Source: Octopus sinensis (taxonomy: Eukaryota). From it: DNA of 64,000 nt. The notes under the pieces are model-generated. The model did not search any database and was not told the DNA's origin. It was given only the letters and a program-made list of their open reading frames with translations. Numbering within the stretch: position 1 is the stretch's first letter; each line of letters starts with the position of its first letter. Where the stretch lies: contig NC_043000.1 in NCBI RefSeq assembly GCF_006345805.1, positions 19,964,001 to 20,028,000 on the forward strand. Reading direction: 5' to 3'. The position numbers were made by a program, and so were the translations under genes. Shown here one piece after another: positions 25,373 through 39,113 of the stretch.

Positions 25373-26319
25373 TGTGTGTGCATGCGTGTGTGTGTGTGTG
25401 CATCAGCTCACCCTCTCTGTAACACCACCCATAAAAACTTTACCTAAAATGGTCAATTCTCTCACTAAATTACACTCTTTTATTAAAGTTAATTCTGTTT
25501 CTATTTTTATTTCTATTCTCATTAATTCATGTATTTTTATCTCCATTCTCATACCAACTGCTTCTGTCCTACTGTCCAATACTGTTTTTATGCATGTGGC
25601 TATTTATGCTTGACCCCAATTTTTAAACTATTTTTAAAGTAATTATTTCAAAACAACCTACTAACTACAGTATTTGAATCACACTTCTTTTTCCCACTAA
25701 TAAAACAAATTTTGCACCCACGCAAGTATATTAGCACACCAAACACAATAAACTGAACCAACTGATTATAAATAAACTTCCCATTTTTCTGATTCTCACA
25801 CCTAAATAATCCTCAACTTGAATGAAACTGGTTGTTCACTGTGAGGAATTGTACATTCTATTCAATTAATAACAATAATATATATCATCATCATCATCAT
25901 ATTAATGTCCACTTTTCCATGCTTGCATGGGTGAGATGAAATTTGTTGAGTGGATATCCTATGGCTGACCGCCCTTCTTGTCGCCAACTTTCACCTGTTT
26001 CCAAGTAAAGTAATATTTTCTTGTGATCAGACATGTTTTCCCACAGAAGATTGGAAATGGACACTGCTTACATGACGGTGACACTTGTTTACAACTATCA
26101 CATGGCAGTTGTAAACAAGAAGATAGTAACACACATATGACCGGTTTCTTTCAGTTTCTGCCTACCAAATCCATTCACAAAGCTTTGGTTAGCCTAGGAC
26201 TATAGTAGAAGACACTGGCCCAAGATACTATGCACTGAGACTGAACCCAAAATCATGTGGTTCAAGATCAAATGTCTTACCAACCAGCCATTCCTATATA
26301 TATATATTCTTTATTTTTC

Positions 26320-26500
26320 TTTTATTCTTTTACTTGTTTCAGTCATTTGACTGCGGCCATGCTGGAGCACCTCCTTCAGTCGAGCAAATCGACCCCAGAA
26401 CTTATTCTTTGTAAGCCTAGTACTTATTCTATCAGTCTCTTTTGCCGAACCGCTAAGTTACGGCATCGGTTGTCAAGCGATGTTGGGGGGACAAACACAA

Positions 26501-26545
<45 letters not shown>

Positions 26546-26692
26546 TACGACGTCTACCAAATCCACTCACAAGGCTTTGGTCGGCCCGAGGTTATAGTAG
26601 AAGACACATACCCAAGGTGCCATGCAGTGGGACTGAACCCGGAACCATGTGGTTGGTAAACAAGCTACTTACCACACAGCCACTCCTGCGCC
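26320..26692 (-). mobile_element. tRNA-derived SINE (abundant family with internal TA/CA microsatellite)
   Basis: Head ggcgcaggagtggctgtgtggtaagtagcttg...ccgggttcagtcccactg has A/B-box-like motifs. Many copies, e.g. about 33405-33812, 42590-43070, 50515-50945, 59350-59730. Confidence 0.82.
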
Positions 26693-26703
26693 TATATATA
26701 TAT

Positions 26704-26736
<33 letters not shown>

Positions 26737-26771
26737 CGCACACACATTTAATTAAATATATAACAGATATA

Positions 26772-26802
<31 letters not shown>

Positions 26803-28130
26803 CTCTTCTCCCCACTTTCTTTGTAGCTATAAACTCTTTCGCCATTGCCATGATAGTGCTGAATCATTTCTGCACTTCATTGAAAGCTTTGCAACTTCCT
26901 GTCATTCTTTTCCCCTTCATCTTAACTATCACTGTCAATATCTATTTCTCTTTCTGTTCATCATCTCATCATCTCTTTCTCAACACTTTATTTTCTCTCT
27001 CTCTCTTTCTCTCTATCTATCTATCTCTTTCTCTCTCTTGTTACACACTTTTCCACTTTCTTTTAATCTCTCAGTCAATCTCATATTATCAACACCTCAT
27101 TCACTCCTCTGCTTCTTTTACTCTTTCCTTCTTCTAAAATTCAGTAATAAGCTCATAGTTTTAGTAGAGCTTCAGCTGATAACATAACAGCTGATTTTAA
27201 TTTATTTAAGCAAGAAGATAAATTTAGTAGTTGCAAGTTCAAATAATAGTCACAACCAGTTTTAGACTCTTGTACAAGACACTGGCTACAAATTATGTTT
27301 CTATCAATAATAACACAGGGAAAGAGAACTTGCCACAGACAGATATTTTGGTTTGATTTCCAAATAGGATTCACCTCAGTCAAATTGATTTCATCATATC
27401 TGCAGCACTTCTAGACCCATGCACAAAGAAAGAGCACTTCAGTATTGTTAAAACTCGGGTGGTTCATGGGCGCCTGTTGTGCCATCAAAAGGAAAGTAAT
27501 AAATGCATCAAACAGTTTCCAAGACCATTTGTCAAAGAGACCCAAGAATACACACTCCACTCACATAATTGTCCTTTTTATGCCTGTTTTTCCATGCTTG
27601 TGTGGATTCAGTGAGTCTTTTCCAGCACAGCATCTCCCATCTCCTTAGTAAAGTTCAACATCTCTCTCTCTCTCTCCCTATATATATATATATATAGGCA
27701 TGATGATGTGGTTAAGAAGCTTGCTTCCTCCTAACCATGTGGCCATGAGTTCATTCCTATTACGCGACACCTTTGGCAAGAGTCTTTTACGGCAACCCTG
27801 GGCATGATCAAAGCCTTGTCAGTGGATTTCGTAGACAGAAACAGCAAGAAGCTTGCCTCAACAAGTTCCATCTGACCCATCTGAGTCATGCAAGTGTGGA
27901 AAAGAAAACATTAGATGATGGTGATTGCACACATACACACACATATAAGGAAAGTGGATTGGCAAAATCATTGGAGCTTCAGAAAAAATGCTTTGCAGTA
28001 TTTATTGCAGCTATTTAAATTCTGAGTTCAAATCCTGCTGAGAGGAACTTTGTCTTTCATCCCTCCAGAATTAATAAAATAAGGTACCTGTCACATACAG
28101 GTTTAAAACAATTGACAAGCCCCTCCCTCA

Positions 28131-28173
<43 letters not shown>

Positions 28174-28545
28174 AACATAAAAATAAATCTACATATACTT
28201 TGAATGCAACTTATAAACCCATACTATCTCATGTTTACCCACACCCAACTATATATTAGTACTACTTCATAAAGATTCAAACCAGATCTATTTCTGTGTA
28301 TAGTAAGAAGTAAAGAGATTTCTATCAAATACTTAACTCCCTAAAAGGCTTGCATATACCAGTTGTCACATCCAGTGATCACTCCTTAGTTTATTAAATT
28401 CTGCTTTGATTGTAACCTAGCAACCTCAATTTAAACTTAACTTAACCTAGATAGGATCTCTTTCTTTCTAGCTCACTCATTCTTCATTGATAAATGAACT
28501 TTTTCTATCTCTATACAATTTCTATTCAGATAAGCTGGTCTCTTT

Positions 28546-28581
<36 letters not shown>

Positions 28582-28734
28582 GCCTATCCTTAGTGTTCAA
28601 CAAATATGCAGTCTACCTTACAGAAAACCTGCCTTAAGAGATTCATGAACACTATCACTCCTTCTGTGGTTAAGTTATTAAAAAGAAAACAAAGTCTTGA
28701 AACAGAACTAACCAACAAAGGGCAGAGGGAATTA

Positions 28735-29316
28735 TCAATCTTGTAAAGCCAACCTCATTAAATTTGGCACAATTATAGAACACAGTTCTTTTTTTTTTTA
28801 TGCAAACATTCTTAATGAGTCCAAAACATTTTGATTTTCAGTTGTTGTGTGTGATACATTCAACTTCTCTATAATTTTTCGCACAGTTATATGATAATCA
28901 GGTTCAATTATGGCTTTGATTCAGTCATCATCAACTTCAGTAGGTCAACTAGAAAGTTGGTCATCTTTGAGTGAAAAATCTCCAGAATGGAATTTTTAAA
29001 ATCATTTCTGACACATGCATTCTGTTAAGCAATCAACGCCATAAACTTCACATATCTCTTTGTGAGCCTCAGCAGCTTTCTTGCCTCTAGGGAAATAAAA
29101 AAGCAAAATACGGCGAAAATGTTCGTTTTTGCACTCCATGTTAAAATTGACACTGAACTAACAGCTGTAAACAAAATTACACACGATTTGCTTCTAAATT
29201 CATCTAAAAGTAATGGCTATCAAATGTGAAAAGGAAAAAATCATAACATTGACAAAAGTCATTCCAAAAAGTCACAACTATTTGCAAATAACGAAATTAC
29301 TTCCTTGCCAACCCTA
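28735..29316 (-). mobile_element. Mariner 5' fragment (TIR plus HTH region)
   Basis: TIR-like tagggttggcaaggaagtaatttcg, then MECKNEHFRRILLFYF..GKKAAEAHKEICEVYG..KFHSGDFSLKD. Confidence 0.85.
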
Positions 29317-30544
29317 TGTATGTATGTAATTCAGCAGGACTTAAACGACATGCAAAAGTACATGAAGCCCAGTTACAACTACAGCCGGCTATTACCGGTA
29401 AAGGTTTTAGTTGCCAATTCTGTACAAGACATTGTAGATCTTTGGCTGGGCCAAAAAGTCACATTCAATCACAGCACCAGTAACAGTTAAGCTTCGTGCA
29501 ATGGCCATACTCGATAACGAGGGGGCAGCCATAATGCATGTATGTATGTATGTGTGTGTGTCTGTGTGTATGTATGTATGTATGTATGTATGTATGTATG
29601 TATGTACGTACGTACGCATACATGCATGCATGCATGCATGTACTACGGATGGATAGACATATATATTTCAGTTTCCATCTATGCCTACCAAATCCACTCA
29701 CTGCCCCAAGGCTGTAGTAGAAGACTATAGACCGAGATACCATGCAATAGGACTGAAACTGGAACGATATGGTCAAGAAGCAAACTTCTTACCACACTGC
29801 CACACCCTCACTATAGATGCACACTCACACCTGCACGCGCACACACACACACAAACTCACACACACACATATATTTATATATATACACATACAAACATAT
29901 ATACACATTCATACACTTTACATAATGTCCACACTCATACATACAGAAACACAAACATAAATACATGCACACACTGGATGAAACCCTAGTAATCCAGCTT
30001 TATCAAAGGAAGGGTGTAATCTGGATTAGTAAGTTTTTTACAATGTGGTTAAAATGTCATAACTAACAGAAAACCCTACAGGCTTAGATTAATGATTGTG
30101 AACTAAAACAAATGCTATGCACCATTGAAACAATTGATACATTATATTTATAAAAATCATAAGCCAGAATGCTTAACCCTTTAGTATTCAGATTACTTCA
30201 TCAAATGTAACGCTTATTTAATCACACTGCTTTTAATTAATCATGCATTCCCCCATAACTTAGAGATTTTGATAATGTGATTGCATTTTTTTAGAACAAC
30301 ATTGTAAGATGAGCATTAGAGGCTGGATCAAACTGATTTGAACAGAAAAACAGGTAAAAGGGTTAAATCATCTACAACAGCTAACTCAATGTCATTATCC
30401 TCTCTCCTCTAAGTTGATATCAATTGCTTCATGTTATAACATGGCTTGTGATGTATTTTTGAGGCAGAACTAATGTTCCAAATAATTCACAAAGTGAGAT
30501 TGATGGATGGATAAATGTATAAATAGGTAACTGGATGAAATATA

Positions 30545-30549
30545 GGTGG

Positions 30550-30584
<35 letters not shown>

Positions 30585-32292
30585 ATTTTTACCATTTTTA
30601 AGGAACCTTAATTCCACAGTATGCACAGAGTTTCAAATAGTATTTTGAACAAAATATATGAAAATTAGGGTTATATCCCTCCAACATGGTACAATTACAA
30701 CTCTTTAATGTGTTAAATGAATTTTTTTTAGAAAATGTTAAATGATTTTCTTTGTTTTTCAGATTATTTTAGAGCTAAATTGTATTATAATTTTACAAAA
30801 ATACCTACATAAGTTTAAACTGTAATAATTTAAATATATAGAATTATATAATGGCAACTAGAAGTAAAAGCCGTGATTCAGCATTTGGATTTCCTGCAGA
30901 ATTTCCTACAGTAATGATCCCATCAAAGGCTGATGTATTCCAGCATTATTTATACATAAGAAAACATGAAGAACAGAAATCAAGAACTTCACACACAGTG
31001 AAAGAATGCTACCAGATTGTTGCTACATATGTGCAAACAATATGGGACAAATTTTCTTTTCCTTGAATTAGGTTTGAAGGAATAGCTCTAAAAATTGAGA
31101 GATTGATTGAATCTGCTTTGAAACTCCGACGTCTGGCAGCTGACTTGGCAGACACCCATAAAATTATCAACCATCGTACAAACAATAACTCTGAGCACCT
31201 TTTCAAACTCCACCCATCTAACACCCGTGGACATATTTACAAAGTAAGAAAACAGCACAGCTCCCATGACTTCAGGAAACATTTTTTCACGCTGAGAGTT
31301 GCTGAAGCATGGAACAAACTGCCGGCATCAGTTGTTAGTTGTCGGAGCACTGCATCCTTCAAAACTTCCATGCTTCCTGAGATTCACCAACACTACACTT
31401 GATTTTTTCCCCTCCATACACACACAGGCATGTATCTGACTCATACATTGTTCGCTTTCCAGACATTTCTACATTACTGCATGTACTTTATATGCACTTT
31501 CTGACAAGTTGTGGTGCACCTGAGCACTGTATACAATAATTTCATTATTATTATTATATTATAAATTAAACAAAAAAAACCTATCAAGCAAAGAGGAGAT
31601 AATTTTGATGAGAAATTAAAGGAGTTCAATGAAATGTTTGACAATTGCACCTGCACATGTTATGACAAACAAATAAAAAGATCTGACTGTCATAACCAAG
31701 GAGTCGAGCGTGCTATCAATTTAGTGACAAAAGCTTCTGAAGTCAGAATATGCTACGAAAATAGGCAAAATTTCATATTAAATGTACAGAAGTCAGCACA
31801 AAGTTTACCTCATATTTACTGGAAAAGACAATGGTCATTTAATTAAATAGTAAATACTTTTAATGCTTATTTTATGGTGCTCACTGCTCATGTATTTCAT
31901 TTGAAGTTCGTGCATAATATTTTTTATTACATATTATACTAGTCATTAAGAATTTACATTTTTTTTTATGAGTGCTTTTCTTATAAAAAAAAAATTAATA
32001 CAAACTATATAAATAAATAGAGTCCAATAACTGTTTTCTTCAGTGGGGGGTGGAGGGGTGCATATAATTTATTAAATGTTATATAGGTAATATTTAACCA
32101 ATACAAAGTTAATAGCATTAAAACAAGTTTACAGTTCCTTACATTTTCAGTATTCAAAATGCAGAATTAGAGGGGTGGCTATGCAAGGGGTAGGGGTGGT
32201 TGCATACTTTTTAAAATTTATTAATTTATTTCTCACACCAAAATGAACACCAAGCAATGTGTGGAATCAGAATATAAAATTTCGACCCCACC
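30545..32292 (+). mobile_element. Internally deleted DDE DNA transposon, superfamily unassigned
   Basis: N-terminal ORF MATRSKSRDSAFGFP..PSKADVFQHYL..IWDKFSFP and C-terminal CHNQGVERAINLVTKAS motif. Imperfect terminal matches (TAGGTGG..ATTCCACA..TGC) at both ends. Confidence 0.62.
31110..31558 (+). mobile_element. CR1-type LINE 3' end, 5'-truncated, nested in the DNA transposon
   Basis: Open ORF2 C-terminus LRRLAADL..NTRGHIYKVRK..RKHFFTLRVAEAWNKLPASVV..FKTSM, followed by a 3'UTR and (ATT)n tail. Confidence 0.9.
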
Positions 32293-32620
32293 TAATATAT
32301 ATATATAGGTAAGTGCCAACACATGAAACTCTCGGACTTTGAGTCATTATTACATAGATAGATAGATAGATGGATAGATGGATGGATGGATGGATGGATG
32401 GACGGACGGACGGACGGACAACGTTAGTACATAGGTACATACAAACATAAATATGAGATATATATATATACACACACACATGCATACACATATATGTATG
32501 TATGCAAGCAGGATAAAATCCAAATGGTGTCTTCTTGAAGAACATCTGCTTATTACAATATTACATCCTAGTATTTAGTTGCTGTTGTTGTTGCATTGAT
32601 ATAAGGTACATATAAGGTAC

Positions 32621-32851
32621 AGGCGGCGAGCTGGCAGAAACGTTAGCACGCCGGGTGAAATGCTTAGCGGTATTTCATCTGCGTTACGTTGTGAGTTCAA
32701 ATTCCGCCGAGGTCGACTTTGCCTTTCATCCTTTCGGGGTCGATAAATTAAGTACCAGTTACGCACTGGGGTCGATGTAATCGACTTAATACCTATGTCT
32801 GTCCTTGTTTGTCCTCTCTGTGTTTAGCCCCTTGTGGGTAATAACGAAATA
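32621..32851 (+). mobile_element. tRNA-derived SINE (young copy)
   Basis: ggcggcgagctggcagaaacgttagcacgccggg...gagttcaaattccgccgaggtcgactttgcctttcatcc with A/B boxes and CpGs retained. Other copies at 58193-58413 (+), 51533-51766 (-) and many decayed ones. Confidence 0.88.
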
Positions 32852-33223
32852 GATATAGTGGTACATATGAGAGTTGAAAATTCTGGTAACATTGTTTGAA
32901 GAGTTATTTTATAACAAAACAGGAAATTGGAAAGTTTTCAGGTATTATTTATTCATCATTTTACATATCTCATTTGCTAACAGAAATTACAAAGTTTCAC
33001 ATGTTAGATAAACATGTGAGAAATTTCCTATTAGGAATTATTCAGGCAGAAAGAACAAGTAATACTATTTGTTTCTGTCTGAAGAATTTCTAATGGGAAT
33101 TTTCTTACATGTCAATGTAACATGTCAAACTTTGTAATTTCTATAAGCAATGAAACATGTAATGATGAATAATTAATAGGAAAAAATTCTCCAACTTCTT
33201 CTTTCGTTATATATATGTATGTA

Positions 33224-33377
33224 CGAGGGGGTGCTGAAAAGTTCCTGGCTTTGAGTACAAGAAAATACAGGAAGTCCTTCAGTTTTTCTATACCCTGTAA
33301 AAGAACTCAGAAGTTTGAGCCTCTAACCAAGCCTTATACAAAACCCTTAAAACCTGGAACTTTTTAGCACCCCCTCG
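33224..33377. mobile_element. Mariner-type MITE, 154 bp
   Basis: TIRs CGAGGGGGTGCTGAAAAGTTCC / GGAACTTTTTAGCACCCCCTCG with TA TSD. Confidence 0.9.
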
Positions 33378-33599
33378 TATGTATGTATGTATGTATGTGT
33401 GTGTATTCTTTTATTCTTTTACTTGTTTCAGTCATCTGTGGCCATGCTAGAGCACCACCTTGAAGTGTTTTAATTGAAGAAATCAACCCCAGGGATTATT
33501 CTTTGTAAGCCTGGTACTTATTCTATCAGATACTTTTGCAGGAGTACTATTATGGGGATGTCAAGAGTTGGCGGGGTTGGGGACAAACACATACACAAA

Positions 33600-33659
<60 letters not shown>

Positions 33660-34375
33660 GCTTCTTTCAGGTTCTGTCTACCAAATCCACTCACAAGGCT
33701 TTGGTCGGCCCAAGGTTATAGTAGAAGGCACTTGCCCAAGTTGTTGTGCAATGGGACTGAACCCAGAACCATGTGGTTGGAAAGCAAACTTCTTACCACA
33801 CAGCCATGCCTACATCTTCAAAATAAATATATATTTCATAGATTATACATCATATTTATGTTTGTATGTCTGAGAATACTAAGAACATTAGCTGAGCTCT
33901 AAAAAACAGTCCATCTCATTTTGTATTGAAGCATGACACTGCACTCAACACTTCAGATTATAGTACGCAAAGAACATTGCACTTTGGTTTAACCCTTTTG
34001 GTACCAACCCACCTGAGGCCACTCTGATTCTAAGATACAAACTTCCTCTTTTAAAGTGATGTCAATTAAAACCTTCCATCAAACATGCTAATTTGTGTTC
34101 CAAACATCAGATTGATAAAATGTTATTTTAGCAAATTCCCCAATATTTTCAAAATTATCGAAACACATTCAATGTATGGCAACAGAAATAGTCAAACAAA
34201 TGGGTTAAATTTTCACCCTTATAAGATTGATAATACAGGGAATAAATCTATATGAATGAGAAAGCCAGAAAAAAATTGTTGAAAATATGCTTGCAAAGAA
34301 GCTATGGTACAGTTCTTTATGTGAGTTCCAAAGTACATTTTCATCTAGTGACATAAATAAGCAAAACTTCTACCA

Positions 34376-34686
34376 CTGGTTGTTGCTTGTTCCTTCTCGA
34401 GCCATGCCTAGCTCATAAGGGCCAGTTTCCCAGCTTCTTTGACATATAGGTTCCCCATCTGGATGAGACACCGGTCCATCGCAGGTGAGCTGCAAGATGC
34501 AGGAGGAAAGAGTGAGAGAAAATTGTGGCGAAAGAGTCAGCAGAAGTTTGCCATTACCTTCTGCTGGAGCCGCATGGAGCTTAGGTGTTTCGCTCATAAA
34601 CACACACATCACCCAGTCTGAGATTCGAACCCGCGATCCCTCGACCACGAGTCTGCTGCTCTAACTACTAGGCCATGTGCCTCCAC
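34376..34686 (-). mobile_element. tRNA-derived SINE (third family)
   Basis: Minus-strand head ggaggcacatggcctagtagttagagcagcagactcgtggtcgagggatcgcgggttcgaatctc is tRNA-like. Confidence 0.82.
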
Positions 34687-35886
34687 CATACCATTGGTTG
34701 GTCAGTAACCTACAACTTCATGAGTGACCCCTTCACTGTAAGCATGTAACAATGTTGCACAGTATAAACATTTATGTGATATGCCAATATTTTTTTTGAA
34801 GAATGTAAACATGCAATAACAGTGAATTTTGACTGTAACTTCCTTTCCTCAAAAGTGAACAGACATGGTATTCATACACAACTTAAACAGTTTCAACAAA
34901 ATAGACCAAATGTTTATACAGCCACAACCTTCGCTGATGTTAGAACAGAAATTAAAGATACTTACCAACTACCTTAACCTTTTGGTTTGTGATCATTGCC
35001 TTTGGATCTACAACATCACCATCATCATCATTTAACATCCTTGTTCTATGCTAGCATAGGTTGGACAGTTTGACAGGATCCAATAGGTTCGAGGACTGCA
35101 TCAAGCTTCACTGTCCACTTTGGCATGGTTTCTATGGCTGGAAGCCATTCCTGATGCCAACCAATTTATAGTGTGTACTAGGTGCCACCAGCATTATTGA
35201 ATTGCCATGCAGCTTGCAAGACTACTCACACTAATAGAGGTGGCTTTATGCTAGAAAATGAGGAGTTAACATTTAACAAAGGGGCCAGAGCAAAACAGAT
35301 TTCCTGCTGTAAAGAGGCCACATAGCAACTTGTAGAGCTGCATGGCTTAGTGGTTAGGGTGTTGGACTCATGATCATAAGATTGTGGTTTCTATTCCTAA
35401 ATCAGGAGACGTGTTTTGTTCTTGAGCAAAAAACTTCATTTCACATTGCTCCAGTCCACTCAGCTGGCAAAAATGAGTAATCCTGCAACAGACTGGCATT
35501 CTGTCTAGATAAGGAATATGTATGCCATGAAACTGGAAAATTGGGCCTTATCAGTCAGTATGACTTGAGAAAGTAACCATAGCAACTCACATTTATAAAA
35601 GTGGATGGGGGAAGGGATGGAACAAGGAAGAGATAAAGATAGCAGTGATGAGGTAGCTGAGTGAGCCCTCAACATACAAGGTAAGTAAAAGTGAACAGAG
35701 AGGAGGGGCAAAAAACTGGAAGTGTGAGGTTGCAAGAGTGTATGGGAGACTGAGAATTGGCAAACAGGATGAGGCAGAGAATATAATGAATGAAAAACAA
35801 GTGATGAGTAGATGATAAGTAGGGGAAGTAGGGAACAATAAGTGACAACTGTAGAGATTTGGTAGGGTTCAGGGGTGGATGTAGTA

Positions 35887-36027
35887 TAAGGTTGTCCCAA
35901 AAGTTCGTAGAAAGTCTTGGAAAATAATGGTCTTTATTTTGAGGAATAATTTTTGTTGTTTTTGTTAGTACTTGGCGAGTAAAAATCCAATTTTCGCAAG
36001 TGTTTACGAACTTTTGGGACAACCTAA
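35887..36027. mobile_element. Mariner-type MITE, 141 bp (copy 2, inverted relative to 23584-23724)
   Basis: Reverse complement of copy 1 with one visible mismatch; TA TSD. Confidence 0.92.
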
Positions 36028-36452
36028 TAAATGGTGGGTGGCCAATGATGATCGAGATGGCAGAATAGTAATGATGAAACAGTAGACAGAGGAAATATGA
36101 GGGAAAGAGAGGGAGAGAGAGAGAGATGATGAGTAAATGTAAGAGTTTGTAATAAACTGCATAAACTGGATGGACTTATATCTGCTATTTGTTAGTAAAT
36201 GACTGCAACTGTTCAGGATCTGGTGTGATGTGCTTAGCAAAATTTCCAAACTAAACAATAAGAATGTGTGAAGCTACAAAAAGCTTTTGGCCATAACATA
36301 TTCAAATGAACAGTTACATATATATTATTTGAATATGTTTGTAAATGGCACACTTCATTCTTTAGGTTTAGATAATAAAGTTCCTAAAATACAATTTTCG
36401 CCAACCCAGTATTCACTTAAAAACTGCCAAGTTCCCCTGACTGACCTTGTAA

Positions 36453-36818
36453 ATAAATGGAAGCACTCCGTCGGTTGATCTGAATCAACGGAACAGCCTG
36501 CTCGTGAAATTAACGTGTAAGTGGCTGAGCACTCCACAGACACGTGTACTCTTAACGTAGTTCTCGGGGATATTCAGCGTGACACAGAGAGTGACAAGGC
36601 CGGCCCTTTGAAATACAGGTACAACAGAAACAGGAAGAAAGAGTGAGAGAAAGTTGTGGTGAAAAAGTACAGCAGGGATCACCACCATCCCCTGCCGGAG
36701 CCTCGTGGAGCTTAGGTGTTTTTGCTCAATAAACACTCACAACGCCCGGTCTGGGAATCGAAACTGCGATCCTATGACCGCAAGTCCGCTGCCCTAACCA
36801 CTGGGCCATTGCGCCTCC
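36453..36818 (-). mobile_element. tRNA-derived SINE
   Basis: Head ggaggcgcaatggcccagtggttagggcagcggacttgcggtcataggatcgcagtttcgattccc; related to the 34376 copy and to 49590-49870 (+). Confidence 0.82.
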
Positions 36819-39113
36819 TTGTAAATAAATACATACACACACACACAGATATATAGATACAGAGTGCAAGATAAATAAAGATAAATATTATTATACATCT
36901 GTTTTGGGGGGATTTTTCTCCCATACTAGTACAGTTTAGACAAGAGGAAATTGAAGCAGAATTTTTATAGCTGAATGCACTTCCTGCTGCCAACTCTTAC
37001 TTTTCAAATAAGGGATATAATTATTCAAAAGGAATTCAAAAGAGCTGAGCTAACAGACAATTTGTTGACAAGAAATGTTATCAGACATCACCAGTTGCAG
37101 CCCCACTACATACAGTGACATCACAACTTGCAGTTCAACCTTAAGTGGTCATCACTATCTATAGCCATAGCTCATAATAGGTTTGTAAACATTCACACAC
37201 ATACATGTATCAAATAGGTTAGGAATAACGTGTGTTTGCTGCTAGGGATTCGGTGGACATCTGAACTTGCAATGTGTTTTTGATGAAAAATGTAGATTTT
37301 GCATTTTTGTTGCTCTTTTACCCTGTAAAAGATGATGGGGTGGGAGGGAATTAACTAATGTTATTGTCAGTAATATGACACACACAAATCCATATACCTA
37401 ATCTCTGGCAATGCAACTGTGGTAATAGTAGTAATAACAATGCTAAATATAATGGAACAAATCAATGGCTTTATTCAGATCTTAATGATTTTATATTTTC
37501 ACACACACACACACACACATAACATTTACAAGAGTCTACTATAACCATGTGAATTAATCAAGAGAAAATAATCTTAATTCCTTGAAATTATTTCTCTTTC
37601 TCTTTGGGAGTTGCTCACAATTACTGCTAGACTTTCTATTCTTTCATCATAAGTAAATGTATGCCATTGATTTATGTGAGTTATTTCCCTTAACTAATTC
37701 TTTTTTTTTTTCTTTTTTTTTATTAAGCAAAGTTGTGATTTAAGACTGCTCGCTTTGCACCTACATGGTTTGGGGTTCAGTCCCACTGTGTGGTACCTTG
37801 GAAAAAGGTCTTCTACTATAGCCCTGAACTAACGAACACTTTGAGAATGAATCTGGTAGACAAAAACTGTGTGGAAGCCCATCATATTTATGTTTGAGTG
37901 TGTGTCTTTCTGTTTGTCCCTCCTACGCTGTTGCTTTACTTATGTCCCCGTAACCTAGCAATTCAACAAAAGAGGCTGAGAGAATAAGTAACAAACATAA
38001 AAAATAATAAGTACTGAGTTTGAGTTGTCCAAATAAAACCCTCTAAGGCGATGTCCCAGCATGGCCACAGTTCAATAATAGAAATTAGTAAAAGATAAAA
38101 GATTAACCAAAACTTTTCATAACACTTTTTCCTTAAGCAGGCTTGGGGTGACTATACTGTACTGAGAAGACCCAATAATAACAAAACATGTCCATGGTTA
38201 ATCATTTCTCTACAAGATCAGATTTCCCCTAAGCATACATATTAATTCTTGAAATTATTTCTCTTTTTCTTAGAGTCACAAACAAATTATTGTTAGATTT
38301 TCATCTGGCTCTCCATCTAAGAGGGAAATTTCAATAAGTTAATTATTTTTTCACACATGACATTTTAAAGATCTCCCCTTAACTTATGTGACATTTAGTG
38401 AAGTACAGGTTACCATACTTAATGTGTTGAATCAATAATCAGTTTCATTCAATTGAAATTATAACCATAATGAGAAGAAAAAAAACAATAATAGTGATGA
38501 AAATTTACAAAAAAATAACAAGCAAGGAAGAGAGAACTCTTAGAATTTCGACTGTCCAAAAATTAAAAATGTGTCGAAGAGGAAAAGGAGTTGGATTTTT
38601 AGTGGATGTAGTGACAAATCTAAATTAGATCTCTTCGACAAAGCATTGTGAACTAAAAGATACGAACACACCAGAACGACTAATAAATGTGGCTGTTTTG
38701 CATCCAGATATTTTTTTTAAGTTTACAGATTATGTAATTCAGAAAAAGAGGAATTGCAAAATGTTGTTTAGTTACAGGTCTGATCTGACTGAAGAAAACT
38801 ATAATCAAAGAACTTCAATATCCTCATTGTGTGTGTGTGTGCGCACGCATGTGCGTGCATGCGTGCACGTGTGTGTGCATGCTCCAGCATGAGCACAGCC
38901 ATATATATATATATTACATAAAGGAATAGGGATTTGGAATCCGGCCAGGTACCTTAATCAGCACTCAGATATGACCCAGATCTGGATAACCACATCAAAT
39001 GATAGGGAACACAACAGAACTGTTTAAGATAAACAATTAAATGGTACTTCACTCAATAAATAAATCCTGAGTTTGCTTCACTAGATTTCACACGGCATAC
39101 AGAATATATAATC

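Noticed and set aside
32621-32720. tRNA gene
   Set aside because: The tRNA-like A/B boxes are the head of a multi-copy SINE, run into a SINE body and give no complete cloverleaf. The same holds at about 34600-34686, 36740-36818 and 49590-49660.
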